Origin: Thermodesulfobacteriota bacterium
GTDB lineage: Bacteria > Desulfobacterota > Binatia > Bin18
Direction: 5' to 3'
Assembly (NCBI GenBank): GCA_964291405.2
Contig: OZ219926.1
Span: 3,488,001-3,552,000 of the forward strand
DNA length: 64,000 nucleotides
This document shows positions 18,340-28,537 of the stretch, piece by piece. How positions within the stretch are numbered: position 1 is the first letter of the stretch; each line of letters starts with the position of its first letter. Below the pieces are notes generated by a model that was not told where the DNA came from, made no database searches, and saw nothing but the letters and a program-made list of their open reading frames with translations. The translations under genes were made by a program, and so were the position numbers.

Positions 18340-19303
18340 TCTGGAATTCAGCAGAGTCCGACCGCCCCGTAGGCACTATTTCCCCACTGCAACATTTCGA
18401 GCGACGGGGCAAAAAATGCGCGCCTGACACGGCCTGGGTGTAGTCCATGAGATGATCGTGCAGCCCGTCGCCGCTAGCTCCCAGCATGCGCCGCAGCATC
18501 TTGTCGGTAATATCAAGATCTTTGGTATAGGCAATGAAGAACAGACCCGCCTCCGAGGTCGTCCCATAGGGGAAACTGTGACGCAGGATTTCCAGCTCTT
18601 CTCCGTTTTCCTCTATGACCACACGGCTGATGTGGGCGGTCGGGGGTTTGACCTCGTCGGACAGCTCTTCGCTGTCCGTCTTGCGGCGGCCGACAGCTCC
18701 TTCCTGCCCGTCTTGTGAGGTAGCGTTCCACTTGGGGAAATTATGCACATAGCGTTGGGTGAAAACGTAACTGCCTCCGGCGAAGTCGGGGTCTTCGTCA
18801 CCGATCAGGGCGACCTCTGCCCGCTCCTCATCGCCGCTGGGGTTTTCCGTACCGTCAATAAATCCGGTCAGATCACGTGAGTCCAGGTAGCGAAAGCCGT
18901 GGACCTCGTCCAACACGTCTATCGTCGCTCCAAGCTGACCCCGGATCTGTTTGGCCAACTCGAAATTGAGGTCCAAGCGTTTTGAGATGAGATGAAACAG
19001 GATGTCTCCGCCTGTGCTTGGTGCGGTCTTGCCGGGAAGGTCAATGGCGGTGAAGGGTCGCAGCCCCCCGGGCCGCCGGCCTGGGGAGAGCACATCCCAA
19101 AAGCCCGAGCCAAAACTGACCGTACACACCAGGGCGGCCTCTGTATCGTGCCCACCAGCCGCCGTCACCAGCTCGGGAATACCCGCAACCACCCCGGCGA
19201 CCGTTTCGCGGGTGGCGGTTGGATTGTTGACCCTGGTGACCAGAAAGAGGGCATGTTGATTCGGTTCCGGAATAATGCCTGCCTGTGGAGTCTGTGCTGC
19301 CAT
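18329..19303 (-). CDS. Dyp-type peroxidase (YfeX-like); last residues probably frameshifted
   Basis: RDLTGFIDGTENP (GxxDG), GGSYVFTQRYVH, AHISR, ILRHSFPYG. One extra base in the A6 run at 18411-18416 restores the canonical FFAPS. Confidence 0.9.
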   Translation of the reverse strand: MAAQTPQAGIIPEPNQHALFLVTRVNNPTATRETVAGVVAGIPELVTAAGGHDTEAALVCTVSFGSGFWDVLSPGRRPGGLRPFTAIDLPGKTAPSTGGDILFHLISKRLDLNFELAKQIRGQLGATIDVLDEVHGFRYLDSRDLTGFIDGTENPSGDEERAEVALIGDEDPDFAGGSYVFTQRYVHNFPKWNATSQDGQEGAVGRRKTDSEELSDEVKPPTAHISRVVIEENGEELEILRHSFPYGTTSEAGLFFIAYTKDLDITDKMLRRMLGASGDGLHDHLMDYTQAVSGAHFLPRRSKCCSGEIVPTGRSDSAEFQIKE

Positions 19304-19399
19304 TTTTTCCCTCCTGACGTGTGCTGGATTGCGCCTGCGGTACTCTTTAACTGTAATTGAGGGAGGGAGCCCACGCCAGCCAGGTTGCAGCTTGGAACG

Positions 19400-19432
19400 A
19401 AAAAAAGACGCCCGTTCAGGACGTCTTTTTTT
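19400..19432 (-). terminator. Intrinsic terminator after yfbR
   Basis: Minus strand reads aaaaagacgtcc-tgaac-gggcgtc-ttttttt. Confidence 0.75.
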
Positions 19433-20009
19433 AACCCAACTCGTCGAGGGTGAGGCGGAAACTCGGGACAAAGGTCTCCAGAAAATAGCGCACCTCCGGC
19501 AGGTCAATCCGCTCGACCGTCTCCTTGAGCGTTTGTTCTGCCTGCGAGAACTCCTGATTGCCCGTGCTGACCTCCTCCAGGCATTTGAGATAGGCGCACA
19601 GCTTGTCTGCGGCTTTGACCAGTTCGTGGTGGTCGCGGTCGGCTTCATCCGGCTTAAAGAACGGCTGGTAGTCACCCCTGAGTTCTTCGGGCAGCATGCC
19701 GAACAGCTTATGCACCGCGGTTTGCTCAATGGTCTGATAGGCGGTCTTGATCTCGGGGTTAAAATACTTGACGGGTGTGGGCAGGTCGCCAATCAAGACC
19801 TCACCAACATCGTGGTAGAGGGCCAGAGTTGCGGCCCGCTCCGGGTTCACCTCGCCGGAGAAGAGCCGATTCCGAATAACGGCTAACATGTGGGTCACCA
19901 GCGCGACTTGCAGACTGTGTTCCTGGACGTTTTCCGGATAGGTGCTGTGCATCAAACTCCAGCGCCGAATAAATTTCATCCGAGAAAGATAGGCAAACAA
20001 GTGGCTCAT
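19431..20009 (-). CDS. yfbR: 5'-deoxynucleotidase (HD family)
   Basis: MSHLFAYLSRMKFIRRWSLM, ENVQEHS, YHD, GDLPTPVKY, KAADKLCAYLKC. Confidence 0.93.
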   Translation of the reverse strand: MSHLFAYLSRMKFIRRWSLMHSTYPENVQEHSLQVALVTHMLAVIRNRLFSGEVNPERAATLALYHDVGEVLIGDLPTPVKYFNPEIKTAYQTIEQTAVHKLFGMLPEELRGDYQPFFKPDEADRDHHELVKAADKLCAYLKCLEEVSTGNQEFSQAEQTLKETVERIDLPEVRYFLETFVPSFRLTLDELG

Positions 20010-20054
20010 ATGAGACTCCGCATGCGTTCCGCTTCGGTTGAGGGTGAGGCCGGG

Positions 20055-21278
20055 TTAGGTTGGGATCATTCCAAACACGCGGAAGAATTGAAAGACACCT
20101 AAGCCCGTCACAATAAGCACGACCGTACCGCCCGCCATGTTGGCCAGCATGCCGTTGGTGTACGAACCGAGAAGGTTCTGCTGATTCATGACAACCAGGA
20201 GACAGCCGGCAAGGAGGGGCAGTAGACAGGCGTTGACCGCCTGGGCAAGCAGGATGGCCACCAGCGGCTGCTGCCCAAAAAAGGCAAGTCCTGTCCCAAT
20301 TAGGACGACCGCACTCCACACCAGTCGGACCTTGCCTGTATCGAGGTCTACGGACCAGCCCAGCACCCCGGCCGTGGCATAGGCGGCGGCAAGCGGGGCG
20401 GTGATGGCACTCGTTAAACCAGCGGCAAACAGGCCGGTCGCAAAGAGGAGAGGCGCGTGGGAGCCGACGAGGGGCTCAAGCTGTTTGGCTATGGAGCTGG
20501 CATTTTCCAATGCTATCCCTTGGCGAAAAAAAGCCGCGGCCGCAGTTGCGACCAGGGCCAGGGTAAGAACCCCACCCAGACTGATCGAGAGAAACGTATC
20601 GCGACGTGCCTCACGCAGGGCTTGGGAGGCGAACAACGTCGCCGGCCACTTGGCTTGGACCGTACTGGCGTGCAGAAACAAATTGTATGGAACGACCGTG
20701 GTGCCGATCAGCGCCATCACGGTCACAAATGACCCGGCGGGAAGGGTTGGGCTGAAGAAACCGGTCAGGATATCCGAGAGTGATGGTTGGACGAGTAGAG
20801 CCGTCAGCAGAAAGACTCCACTCATGAGCAGAACCAGAAAAACCAGCACGCGCTCAATCGCCGCGTACGTCCCGGACCACAGCAACACAAACGCCAGGCT
20901 ACCAACGACCAGAGTCCAGGATGAGGTTGAAAGCCCGGAGACCTCGGCTAGGGCCACCGATGCGCCAAGGATATTGCCCATCTCAAAGGCAGCGTTGCCG
21001 CCGCCTATGCCGATGACCACCAGGGACAGGAGCAGGAGACGGAGGAACGGAGTTCGAATAGCCGTCCGGAGCGCTTCGCCGAGTCCGCTACGTGCAATAA
21101 TGCCGAGTCGGGCCGCCATTTCTTGTAGGACGAGGGTGGCAAAAATAGAGAACCCGACCGCCCATACCAGGGCAAACCCAAACTGCGCTCCTGCGACACT
21201 GGCGGTCATGACCGTTCCAGGGCCGATAAAGGCGGCAGCAACGAGCAACCCAGGACCAAAGGGTCTCTTCCGCCTCAT
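20055..21278 (-). CDS. Nramp-like divalent metal transporter
   Basis: GPGLLVAAAFIGPGTV, LQEMAARLG, ALIGTTVVPYNLFLH; about 11 TM segments. Confidence 0.88.
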   Translation of the reverse strand: MRRKRPFGPGLLVAAAFIGPGTVMTASVAGAQFGFALVWAVGFSIFATLVLQEMAARLGIIARSGLGEALRTAIRTPFLRLLLLSLVVIGIGGGNAAFEMGNILGASVALAEVSGLSTSSWTLVVGSLAFVLLWSGTYAAIERVLVFLVLLMSGVFLLTALLVQPSLSDILTGFFSPTLPAGSFVTVMALIGTTVVPYNLFLHASTVQAKWPATLFASQALREARRDTFLSISLGGVLTLALVATAAAAFFRQGIALENASSIAKQLEPLVGSHAPLLFATGLFAAGLTSAITAPLAAAYATAGVLGWSVDLDTGKVRLVWSAVVLIGTGLAFFGQQPLVAILLAQAVNACLLPLLAGCLLVVMNQQNLLGSYTNGMLANMAGGTVVLIVTGLGVFQFFRVFGMIPT

Positions 21279-21341
21279 GCCTGAGTTTATAGCATATTTA
21301 TGCGGGCTCAGCCGAGAAGCGCAGTAATTTTGGCGCAAGCA

Positions 21342-22421
21342 CTAGTAGCGCGCCATGACCTGCTCGGAGAAATCTTTGAACACCGTGCGCGCCGCGGCCA
21401 TCGGCGGCAAGAGCGTGACTTCCTTCAGACCGGCCTTTTCGACCGCCCGGAGCTGGTCGATGATTTCCGCCGGCCCACCAATCAGACACGTCGCCTGGAT
21501 TGCCTCGGGGGTGACAAAGCGGCGCTCCTCGGGCACGAGAAAGGTGCAGTGGCCATTGTGAAGCTGGAGGTAACGTTTGTCCGCTGGGGTTTCCATCTGC
21601 TCGACGTGGGCGCAGTATTCCTCCCAGATGCCTCTATAGCCGGCGGGGATGACTTCCTCCTGACCGGTTTGTTGATAGATTTCGTAGACAAAGTGGATGA
21701 TGGCGGCGACCTGAGAACCGCACATCTCAATGACCCGATCCGAGGTCAGTGGCTCGCCGGGTTGTAGCACGACGGCCGTGGTAAAAGCCGCGGTATGGAA
21801 GCCGTCGGGCAAGGCCCGACTCGCCTGTTCCGCCCCGGCTTGGACCTGGTGCCAGTCGCCGAGGAAGGCTTCCGGTCCGGGTTTCACTCCGGCGACCCAG
21901 CCATCCCCGAACTCGCCCGCAGTTTTCAGGGCTCGGGGTCCATTGGCGGCGACAATCATCGGAATCGGGTCGTCCAGATTCAGGAAGTGTAGGTCCTGAT
22001 GCAGAAAACGGATCGTCCGCGTAGTGTCGTTATAGGTGTATTCAACTTCTTCCCCCCGCAGGAGCGTTTTGACCACCCGGAGATACTCTCGGAAGTCTCG
22101 AATACGCATCGGCTGCATACCCATGACCCGCATAGCCGTATGTCCGGTACCGATACCCAAAAAGACTCGGCCCGGCGCGAGGCGATTAATGGAAGCGATG
22201 GAGTGGGCGGTGACCGGGGCGATTCTCGTCCCAGGTATGGCAACTCCCGTCCCAATCTGGATACGCGACGTGTGCTGGGCGGCCAGGGCTAAGGTGGCGT
22301 AACAGTCCGACCAGATCATCTGCGAGTCGGGGATCCAGGCTCGGTCATAGCCCAGTTCCTCGGCATATTGGATCAACTGCCAGTCGTCGATCTTCGTAGC
22401 AACACAAATCCCGAACTGCAC
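21342..22421 (-). CDS. Luciferase-like flavin-dependent oxidoreductase
   Basis: AEELGYDRAWIPDSQ, RIQIGTGV, LAPGRVFLGIGTG, AANGPRAL..AGEFGDGW. Confidence 0.9.
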   Translation of the reverse strand: MQFGICVATKIDDWQLIQYAEELGYDRAWIPDSQMIWSDCYATLALAAQHTSRIQIGTGVAIPGTRIAPVTAHSIASINRLAPGRVFLGIGTGHTAMRVMGMQPMRIRDFREYLRVVKTLLRGEEVEYTYNDTTRTIRFLHQDLHFLNLDDPIPMIVAANGPRALKTAGEFGDGWVAGVKPGPEAFLGDWHQVQAGAEQASRALPDGFHTAAFTTAVVLQPGEPLTSDRVIEMCGSQVAAIIHFVYEIYQQTGQEEVIPAGYRGIWEEYCAHVEQMETPADKRYLQLHNGHCTFLVPEERRFVTPEAIQATCLIGGPAEIIDQLRAVEKAGLKEVTLLPPMAAARTVFKDFSEQVMARY

Positions 22422-22435
22422 GGTCCGTCCTCCTT

Positions 22436-24844
22436 CTAGTCAGGTGTCCCTGCTGAATTCCTCGCCCGTTCAATACACGCCAACACCCGCTCCGGCGTGA
22501 GCGGGATTTCACTAACCTGGACTCCGAACGGGGAGAGCGCATCGGCAACTGCATTCGCAATCGCCGCCGGCGGTGCAATGGCCCCCCCTTCGCCTATACC
22601 TTTGATGCCTCCCTTGCTGAAAGGTGAGGGCGACTCAATATGTCCAATCTCGACGTGCGGGACGTCTACCGCTGTAGGGACGAGATAATCCATGAGCGTA
22701 CCGGTCAAGAACTGTCCATTCTCGTCGTAGATGGCATGTTCATACATGGCCGTGCCGATACCCTGGGCGACACCGCCCTGAATTTGCCCATCGACAATGA
22801 TGGGGTTAATAATCCTGCCGCAGTCCTCAACAACGATATAGCGCCGCAGGCTGATCTGCCCGGTTTCAACATCCACCTCGACCGTTGCCAGGTGAGTCGC
22901 ATTGGAATGCGTTGCCGGCGGCGGCTCATAATTTGTGGTTGCCTCTAAACCGGGCTCGTCTTCCGGGGCTAAATTGCTGGGTGTGACGATGGCGTGGTAG
23001 GCGATCGTCTTAATCGGCATGAGCGTGGTCCCGTCCTGTTTGCGGACCACCATACCGACCGCCAATTCGAGGTCGTCTGGAGGAATTTCGCTGAGCCGTG
23101 AGGCCGTACGCAGAATCTTCTCCCGAATTTTCGTCGCTGCTCCGATAATAGCCCCACCACTGGTCACCGCCGTTCGGCTGCCCCAGGTTCCCCAGCCGTA
23201 TGGAACAAGAGCGGTGTCGCTTTGCACGACTTTCACATCGGCCACGGCCACGCCTAATTCGTCGGCTGCAACTTGGGCGAGGGTGGTTTGATGACCCTGA
23301 CCATGTGAAGAAGAGCCGGTCAAAACGGTGACTTTCCCATTGACATCCATCCGGACGGTGGCCGACTCATAGCCGCCAACCTGTATGCCCATGAGGTTAA
23401 AAAACGAAGAACCAGGGGCCGTACCTTCTATGTAACAGCCAAGGCCCACGCCAAGATAGCGGCCGGCTTTTCGACCTTGTTCCTGCTCCGCTCGGAAGTT
23501 GTCATACCCCAACATATCAAGCGCCTTTTGTAAGGACTCCTGATGGCTCCCGCTTTCGATCTTTGCTCCGGCAATCGTGGTGTAGGGATGATCTTCCCGG
23601 CGGATCATATTCCGCAGGCGGATCTCTGCCGGATCAAGCCCCAGCCGCTGCGCGCCAAGATTCAGCAAGCGTTCCATAACCAGGATGGCAATCGGCAGGC
23701 CCACGCCGCGGTAGGCGCCCAGGGTGACCTTATTGGTGACAATGGAGACGGCCTCGTAGCGATAGGCCGGGATCTTATACGGACCGGGCAGCCCTGATGC
23801 GGCATGCCCGGCTTCCAGAGCAGAACTAAACGGAAAGCAGGAATACGCACCAACGTCGTTCAGAAAGCGTGCTCTCACCCCGAGAATGGTCCCGTCGTTT
23901 TTCAGGGCGAGCTCGGCCTCGACAATTTGATGCTTGGCGTGCATGGCGGCTACCAGATTTTCTCGCCGATCTTCAATCCACTTGATCGGGCAGCCAAAAC
24001 GACGGGCAAGGAAAGCAGTCAGGATTTCCTCGGGAAACACATGCGCCTTGGGTCCAAAACCGCCGCCGACGTCTGGGGCGATGGCCCGGATATGGTGTTC
24101 GGGAAAGTCTAATAAGAGCGCCAGGTTTGAACGGAGGACATGCGGCACTTGGGTCGAGGACCAGATCGTCAGCGAGTCCGTCACCGGATCAAAAGTCGCC
24201 AGACAGCCACGCGTCTCCATGGGCAGGGACATGTGACGACCGGTTGTAAAACGTTCAGCCACCACACAGTCAGCCGCCTGAAACGCGGTAGCGACCTCGC
24301 CCATGCTTGCTTCCAGGGTCTGCATGACGTTGTCGCCCCAGTCTTCATGTGCCAGGGGGGCGTCCGGCTCCAGCGCCTGTTCCATGTCCCAGAGAGCGTC
24401 GAGCGGATCGTACTCGACCTCGACCAGCGCGGCGGCATCCTCGGCGACATAGCGATCGGTGGCAATAACGGCTGCCACCATCTCACCCACAAACCGGACT
24501 TTTCCCCGAGCCAGGACCGGCCAATCGCAGGACTTGTGAGTGGGCGCATTTGTGGGGTCAAACTCGACCCGGAGCGGCTGTATGGCATCTACGACATCCT
24601 CGCCGGTCACCACCGCCTGGACACCAGGGTGGGCCGCGGCTGCGCTGGTATCAATGTTGAGGAGACGCGCGTGGGCATACGGGCTGCGGACAAAGGCGAC
24701 CGCCCGTGTATCGGGCAGATGGATATCGTCCACATACTGACTTTTACCCAGGAGCATCCGTGGGTCTTCCACCCGCTTGACCTCAGCGCCGACCATCTTT
24801 CCCGTGCCAGCAAGACTGGTTGCCATAGTGTGTTCCTTCATCAT
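22436..24844 (-). CDS. Xanthine dehydrogenase-family molybdopterin-binding large subunit (CoxL/CutL-like)
   Basis: KRVEDPRML, STQVPH, VGGGFGPK, AYRGVG, HGQGHQT, WGSR, GQIQGG, KGIGEGG. Start at 24844 or 24826. Confidence 0.92.
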   Translation of the reverse strand: MMKEHTMATSLAGTGKMVGAEVKRVEDPRMLLGKSQYVDDIHLPDTRAVAFVRSPYAHARLLNIDTSAAAAHPGVQAVVTGEDVVDAIQPLRVEFDPTNAPTHKSCDWPVLARGKVRFVGEMVAAVIATDRYVAEDAAALVEVEYDPLDALWDMEQALEPDAPLAHEDWGDNVMQTLEASMGEVATAFQAADCVVAERFTTGRHMSLPMETRGCLATFDPVTDSLTIWSSTQVPHVLRSNLALLLDFPEHHIRAIAPDVGGGFGPKAHVFPEEILTAFLARRFGCPIKWIEDRRENLVAAMHAKHQIVEAELALKNDGTILGVRARFLNDVGAYSCFPFSSALEAGHAASGLPGPYKIPAYRYEAVSIVTNKVTLGAYRGVGLPIAILVMERLLNLGAQRLGLDPAEIRLRNMIRREDHPYTTIAGAKIESGSHQESLQKALDMLGYDNFRAEQEQGRKAGRYLGVGLGCYIEGTAPGSSFFNLMGIQVGGYESATVRMDVNGKVTVLTGSSSHGQGHQTTLAQVAADELGVAVADVKVVQSDTALVPYGWGTWGSRTAVTSGGAIIGAATKIREKILRTASRLSEIPPDDLELAVGMVVRKQDGTTLMPIKTIAYHAIVTPSNLAPEDEPGLEATTNYEPPPATHSNATHLATVEVDVETGQISLRRYIVVEDCGRIINPIIVDGQIQGGVAQGIGTAMYEHAIYDENGQFLTGTLMDYLVPTAVDVPHVEIGHIESPSPFSKGGIKGIGEGGAIAPPAAIANAVADALSPFGVQVSEIPLTPERVLACIERARNSAGTPD

Positions 24845-24899
24845 TCCCCTTTCTCCGTTGGAGAGAGGGTCAGGGTAGGGGGAGAAATCACTACGGCGT

Positions 24900-24966
24900 G
24901 AGTCTGGCAGTGTGGGAAAAAGGTGTCAAGACTTTTGCTTGACAGATCGTAAGAGAACGGTATACG
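24900..24966. promoter_or_regulatory. Back-to-back sigma70-like promoters
   Basis: Inverted TGTCAAG-N7-CTTGACA. Plus strand: TTGACA(24939)-16 nt-TATACG. Minus strand: TTGACA(24929)-17 nt-CAGACT. Lies between divergent genes. Confidence 0.55.
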
Positions 24967-24992
24967 CCACAGTAGAAGGAGGCTGTCCGCAT

Positions 24993-26159
24993 ATGACCCT
25001 GTCTTCGCAAGAGAACGGGACGAAAGGGGGAGGAGCGCGGGACGCATCTCGTATTACCCAGACTCAAGCGCCTTTACCTCAAGCCCGGCATCTCCCGGGT
25101 GACTTTTACACCTCGCAAGAGACCTACGAATTAGAAAAGGAGCACATCTTCCAAAAGGATTGGCTGTGCGTCGGCCGCATGGAAGAGTGTGAAAAGCCGG
25201 GGGACTATCTCACCCTGTGTATTGCGGATGAGCCGATTGTGATTGTCCGCGATGAAGAGAGGCGACTCAACGCCTTTTATAACGTCTGTCGTCATCGGGG
25301 GACCGAGGTGGCGGCTGGGCAGGGCAATACCAGACGGTTTACGTGTCCGTATCATGGCTGGACGTATGACCTGTGTGGGCGGCTCCGAGGCGCGGCCTAT
25401 ACCCAAGAGATCGAGAATTTCGACATGCGGCAGTACCGCCTGGTGCCACTCAAGCTGGACACCTGGGGCGGGTTTATTTTTGTCAATTTCAATCCGGATA
25501 GTAAAAGCCTGCTGGAATTCTTGGGCGACTTTCCCGAGGCCTTTGGACCATACCAACCCGAAGATCTCCGTTTGGCCATTAAGTTCGCCATCGAATATGA
25601 GTGCAACTGGAAAGCCACGGCTGAAAATCTGGTTGATATTTATCATCTGGCAACGCTGCACGCTTCTTCGTTCGGTCCGCATCAGCCGCTTGAGTCGTAT
25701 GAATTTCAGCTCAAACCGTGGGGCTATTGCGGCCGTTTTATCGGCGTGAGTCCGATGACGCCCGATGGCCGGCCTCGCTTTGATTTTATGCCCTGGCTGT
25801 CAGGCGAACATCTTGAGAAGGGCTATTCCAGCCATCTCCAGCCCAATATGGGCTTTTATGCCAGGCAGGATAATATTCATTATGTGACCGAATGGCCGAT
25901 AGGCGCAAATCGCAGCATGGCTCTTGTCCATATGCTCTTCCCCAAGCAGCGCTTTGGTCTGCCGGATTTTAAGGAACGCGTCAAAGTCTATGAGGACTTT
26001 TTGCACCTTGCCCTAGAGGAAGACATGGGCATGGTGCAGTCTTTACAGCGCGGTTTTCGGTCCCGAGCCTATCAGCCAGGGCCGATGTCGAAGTACGAGG
26101 TCGCCGTGCATCATGTGATGAATTACTATCTGGATAAAGTTTTTGGTGAGCAACAATAA
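24993..26159 (+). CDS. Rieske oxygenase alpha subunit, close paralogue of 8061-9215
   Basis: NVCRHRG...CPYHGWTY; NWKATAENLVDIYHLATLH. Shares long blocks with 8061-9215 (QPLESYEF, GYSSHL.PN, PGPMS). Confidence 0.93.
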   Translation: MTLSSQENGTKGGGARDASRITQTQAPLPQARHLPGDFYTSQETYELEKEHIFQKDWLCVGRMEECEKPGDYLTLCIADEPIVIVRDEERRLNAFYNVCRHRGTEVAAGQGNTRRFTCPYHGWTYDLCGRLRGAAYTQEIENFDMRQYRLVPLKLDTWGGFIFVNFNPDSKSLLEFLGDFPEAFGPYQPEDLRLAIKFAIEYECNWKATAENLVDIYHLATLHASSFGPHQPLESYEFQLKPWGYCGRFIGVSPMTPDGRPRFDFMPWLSGEHLEKGYSSHLQPNMGFYARQDNIHYVTEWPIGANRSMALVHMLFPKQRFGLPDFKERVKVYEDFLHLALEEDMGMVQSLQRGFRSRAYQPGPMSKYEVAVHHVMNYYLDKVFGEQQ

Positions 26160-26185
26160 TTCGCACGTAGACAAGGAGCGATGCC

Positions 26186-27235
26186 ATGTCACTCTCAATC
26201 AGCCAGACCAATACAATGGTGAGTCTGTTTCGGCAGGAGCTTGAACTGTGCAAAGTCAAGCCGGGAGAAACCGTTGCGGTTCTGTCAGAGGCGGAACAAG
26301 CGGTTGAGTACGCCTCGGCGTTTATGATCGCCGCGCGCGAGCTGGGGGTGGATGTGTTCAACGTCAACCTGCCGGCGCGGGGCGCGGGCGGAGCGCAGAA
26401 CGTGGCCGGCGATGTGGGTCAGAACGCTCTGGCCGGGAACGGGCCGGCCATCGAGGCCCTCAAAAGCGCGGACCTTGTCGTGGACCTCATCTTTCTGCTG
26501 TTTTCAAAAGAACAGCTGGAGATTCAGGCTGCGGACACCCGCATCCTGCTGGTGGTTGAACCCTTTGAGGTTCTGTCGCGTCTCTTTCCCACTCAGGCAC
26601 TGCGCGAGCGTGTCGAGGCCGCGGAAGCGCGTTTGGCCAAGGCCCAAAACCTCCGCTTTACCAATCCGGCCGGAACGGACGTGCAGTACGAGTTGGGGCA
26701 ATTCCCGATTCTGACCGAATACGGCTTCACGGACACTCCCGGTCGCTGGGACCACTGGCCGGGCGGATTTCTGGCGACCCAGGGCAGTGAGACCGGGGTC
26801 AACGGTACGGTCGTCATGGACCGCGGCGATATTCTGTTTCCGTTCAATAAATATGTCCAGGAGCCGATCATCTTTACCATTCGAGACGGCATGATCGTTG
26901 ATATCGACGGCGGCTTTGACGCCATGCTGGTGAAGAACTATATGGACGGCTTTCACGACCCTCGGGCGTTTGCCATCTCGCACATCGGCTGGGGCCTCAA
27001 CGATCTCGCGCGCTGGGATTACCTCGCCACCGGCGCTCCCACGGTTGGCATGGACGGGCGGGCCTTTTACGGCAACGTTCTGTTCTCGACCGGTCCCAAC
27101 ACCGAACTCGGTGGGAGCAACGACACGGCCTGTCATATGGACCTACCCATGAAAGGCTGTACGCTGTATCTTGATGACGAACTTATTGTACAGGACGGTG
27201 ACGTGATCCCCACAGAGATGCGGGCCGAAGAGTAA
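26186..27235 (+). CDS. nicX: 2,5-dihydroxypyridine 5,6-dioxygenase-like enzyme
   Basis: ADLVVD, RILLVVEP, TEYGFTDTPGRWDHWP.GF, SHIGWG, AFYGNVLFSTGPNTE.GG, CHMD are colinear with NicX as recalled. Confidence 0.82.
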   Translation: MSLSISQTNTMVSLFRQELELCKVKPGETVAVLSEAEQAVEYASAFMIAARELGVDVFNVNLPARGAGGAQNVAGDVGQNALAGNGPAIEALKSADLVVDLIFLLFSKEQLEIQAADTRILLVVEPFEVLSRLFPTQALRERVEAAEARLAKAQNLRFTNPAGTDVQYELGQFPILTEYGFTDTPGRWDHWPGGFLATQGSETGVNGTVVMDRGDILFPFNKYVQEPIIFTIRDGMIVDIDGGFDAMLVKNYMDGFHDPRAFAISHIGWGLNDLARWDYLATGAPTVGMDGRAFYGNVLFSTGPNTELGGSNDTACHMDLPMKGCTLYLDDELIVQDGDVIPTEMRAEE

Positions 27236-27280
27236 ACGTGTCCTCCAATAGACGCACAGATGCTGGACACGTTTACTCTT
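27228..27280. repeat. 16-bp perfect stem / 21-nt loop inverted repeat (copy 2); contains the nicX stop
   Basis: aagagtaaacgtgtcc-N21-ggacacgtttactctt. Confidence 0.88.
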
Positions 27281-27300
27281 TATAAGAAGGAGACAGTTGC

Positions 27301-28479
27301 ATGCGGACCGTAATCGCGGATAAACGCTGGGCGGAGAAATATCCGGAGGTCGGCACCGGCCCGGTTGCGGCCGAGCCGCTGATTTCATCGGAACATTTTG
27401 AGCTCGAACGGGAGAAAATTTTTCGGCGTACCTGGCTGAACATCGGACGGGTCGAGGAGATTCCGAACCCCGGCGATTATATTGCCAAAGACCTGACTAT
27501 GTGTCGCGCCTCGGTCCTGATCATTCGGGGCAAGGACGGTGAGGTCCGGGGCTTTCATAACGTGTGCTCCCACCGCGGCAATAAGCTCGTCTGGGACGAG
27601 AAGGGCTCGTGTAAAGGCACGCTTGCCTGTGGCTTTCACGCCTGGGCGTATAATACCAAGGGCGAACTGACCTGGGTGGCGGATGAAGACAACTTTTTTG
27701 ATCTGCCCAAGTGCGACCTGGGTCTGACCCCGATCCACACCGAGGTGTTTGAAGGCTTTATCTTTATTCATCTGGCCGAGCGCCCACCCGAGAGTCTCCG
27801 AGAATATCTTGGGGGGGTGGCCGACCAGCTTGAGGGTGGTGGCTTTGGTGAACTGGCGCTGGCCAAGCGGTATAGAGTGGACGAGCACGCCAACTGGAAA
27901 ATTGCCCTTGACGCCCAGAACGAGCTGTATCATTTGCCGTTTCAACACCGCCGGACTATTCCCGAGTTCTGCGTGATGAAAGACGGGCAATTCACGCGCC
28001 TGCTCGACGTCCGTCTATTCAATCACCATAGCGTGTATTCGTCAGACCCGCCCGAGGATCGCGTTGGCCCAGCCACCGAAAAGCTGGCCGCCCAGTTCAG
28101 CGTTGCCGAGACCGAATCTCGCCTGCCCCGCATCGGCTCCTTTGATTTTTATACGATCTTTCCCAATACGGCGCTGCTGCTCTTCCGCGGCGTCTCGCAC
28201 GACTTCTATATGACGTATAACTTCTGGCCACAGACGGTCGACCGGACCGACTGGGACATCAAGATCTATTTTCGTCCGGCGGAAAACGCCGGCCAGCGTG
28301 TCGGCCAGGAGTATTTCACCTGCCTGCTCCGGGACCTGCTGCAAGAGGACGCCACCGCCCACGAACAGATTCATATCGGGCTGGCCTCGCGAGCCAAGAA
28401 GGATCTGTATTTCCAGGACGAAGAAATGCAGATTCGGTATTTCCACACCGTACTCGAACGCTTTTACGCTGAGGCGTAG
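27301..28479 (+). CDS. Rieske oxygenase alpha subunit (different subfamily)
   Basis: NVCSHRG...CGFHAWAY; NWKIALDAQNELYHLPFQH; QED. Confidence 0.92.
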   Translation: MRTVIADKRWAEKYPEVGTGPVAAEPLISSEHFELEREKIFRRTWLNIGRVEEIPNPGDYIAKDLTMCRASVLIIRGKDGEVRGFHNVCSHRGNKLVWDEKGSCKGTLACGFHAWAYNTKGELTWVADEDNFFDLPKCDLGLTPIHTEVFEGFIFIHLAERPPESLREYLGGVADQLEGGGFGELALAKRYRVDEHANWKIALDAQNELYHLPFQHRRTIPEFCVMKDGQFTRLLDVRLFNHHSVYSSDPPEDRVGPATEKLAAQFSVAETESRLPRIGSFDFYTIFPNTALLLFRGVSHDFYMTYNFWPQTVDRTDWDIKIYFRPAENAGQRVGQEYFTCLLRDLLQEDATAHEQIHIGLASRAKKDLYFQDEEMQIRYFHTVLERFYAEA

Positions 28480-28537
28480 CCTCCCTACCTTTGGGGGGCC
28501 GACCGAGCGGAGCGAGGGAGAGGGGATAAAATAAACC

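Noticed and set aside
18329-19303. Encapsulin cargo Dyp
   Set aside because: No clear GSLxIGSL-type targeting peptide and no encapsulin gene in the window; the tail is frameshifted, so not fully excluded.
18329-19792. 487-aa ORF as a single Dyp fusion
   Set aside because: Its 5' part overlaps yfbR in another frame and crosses a terminator; the real start is at 19303.
22436-24844. Aerobic CO dehydrogenase (form I CoxL)
   Set aside because: Active-site loop is AYRGVG, not AYxCSFR; no coxMS adjacent.
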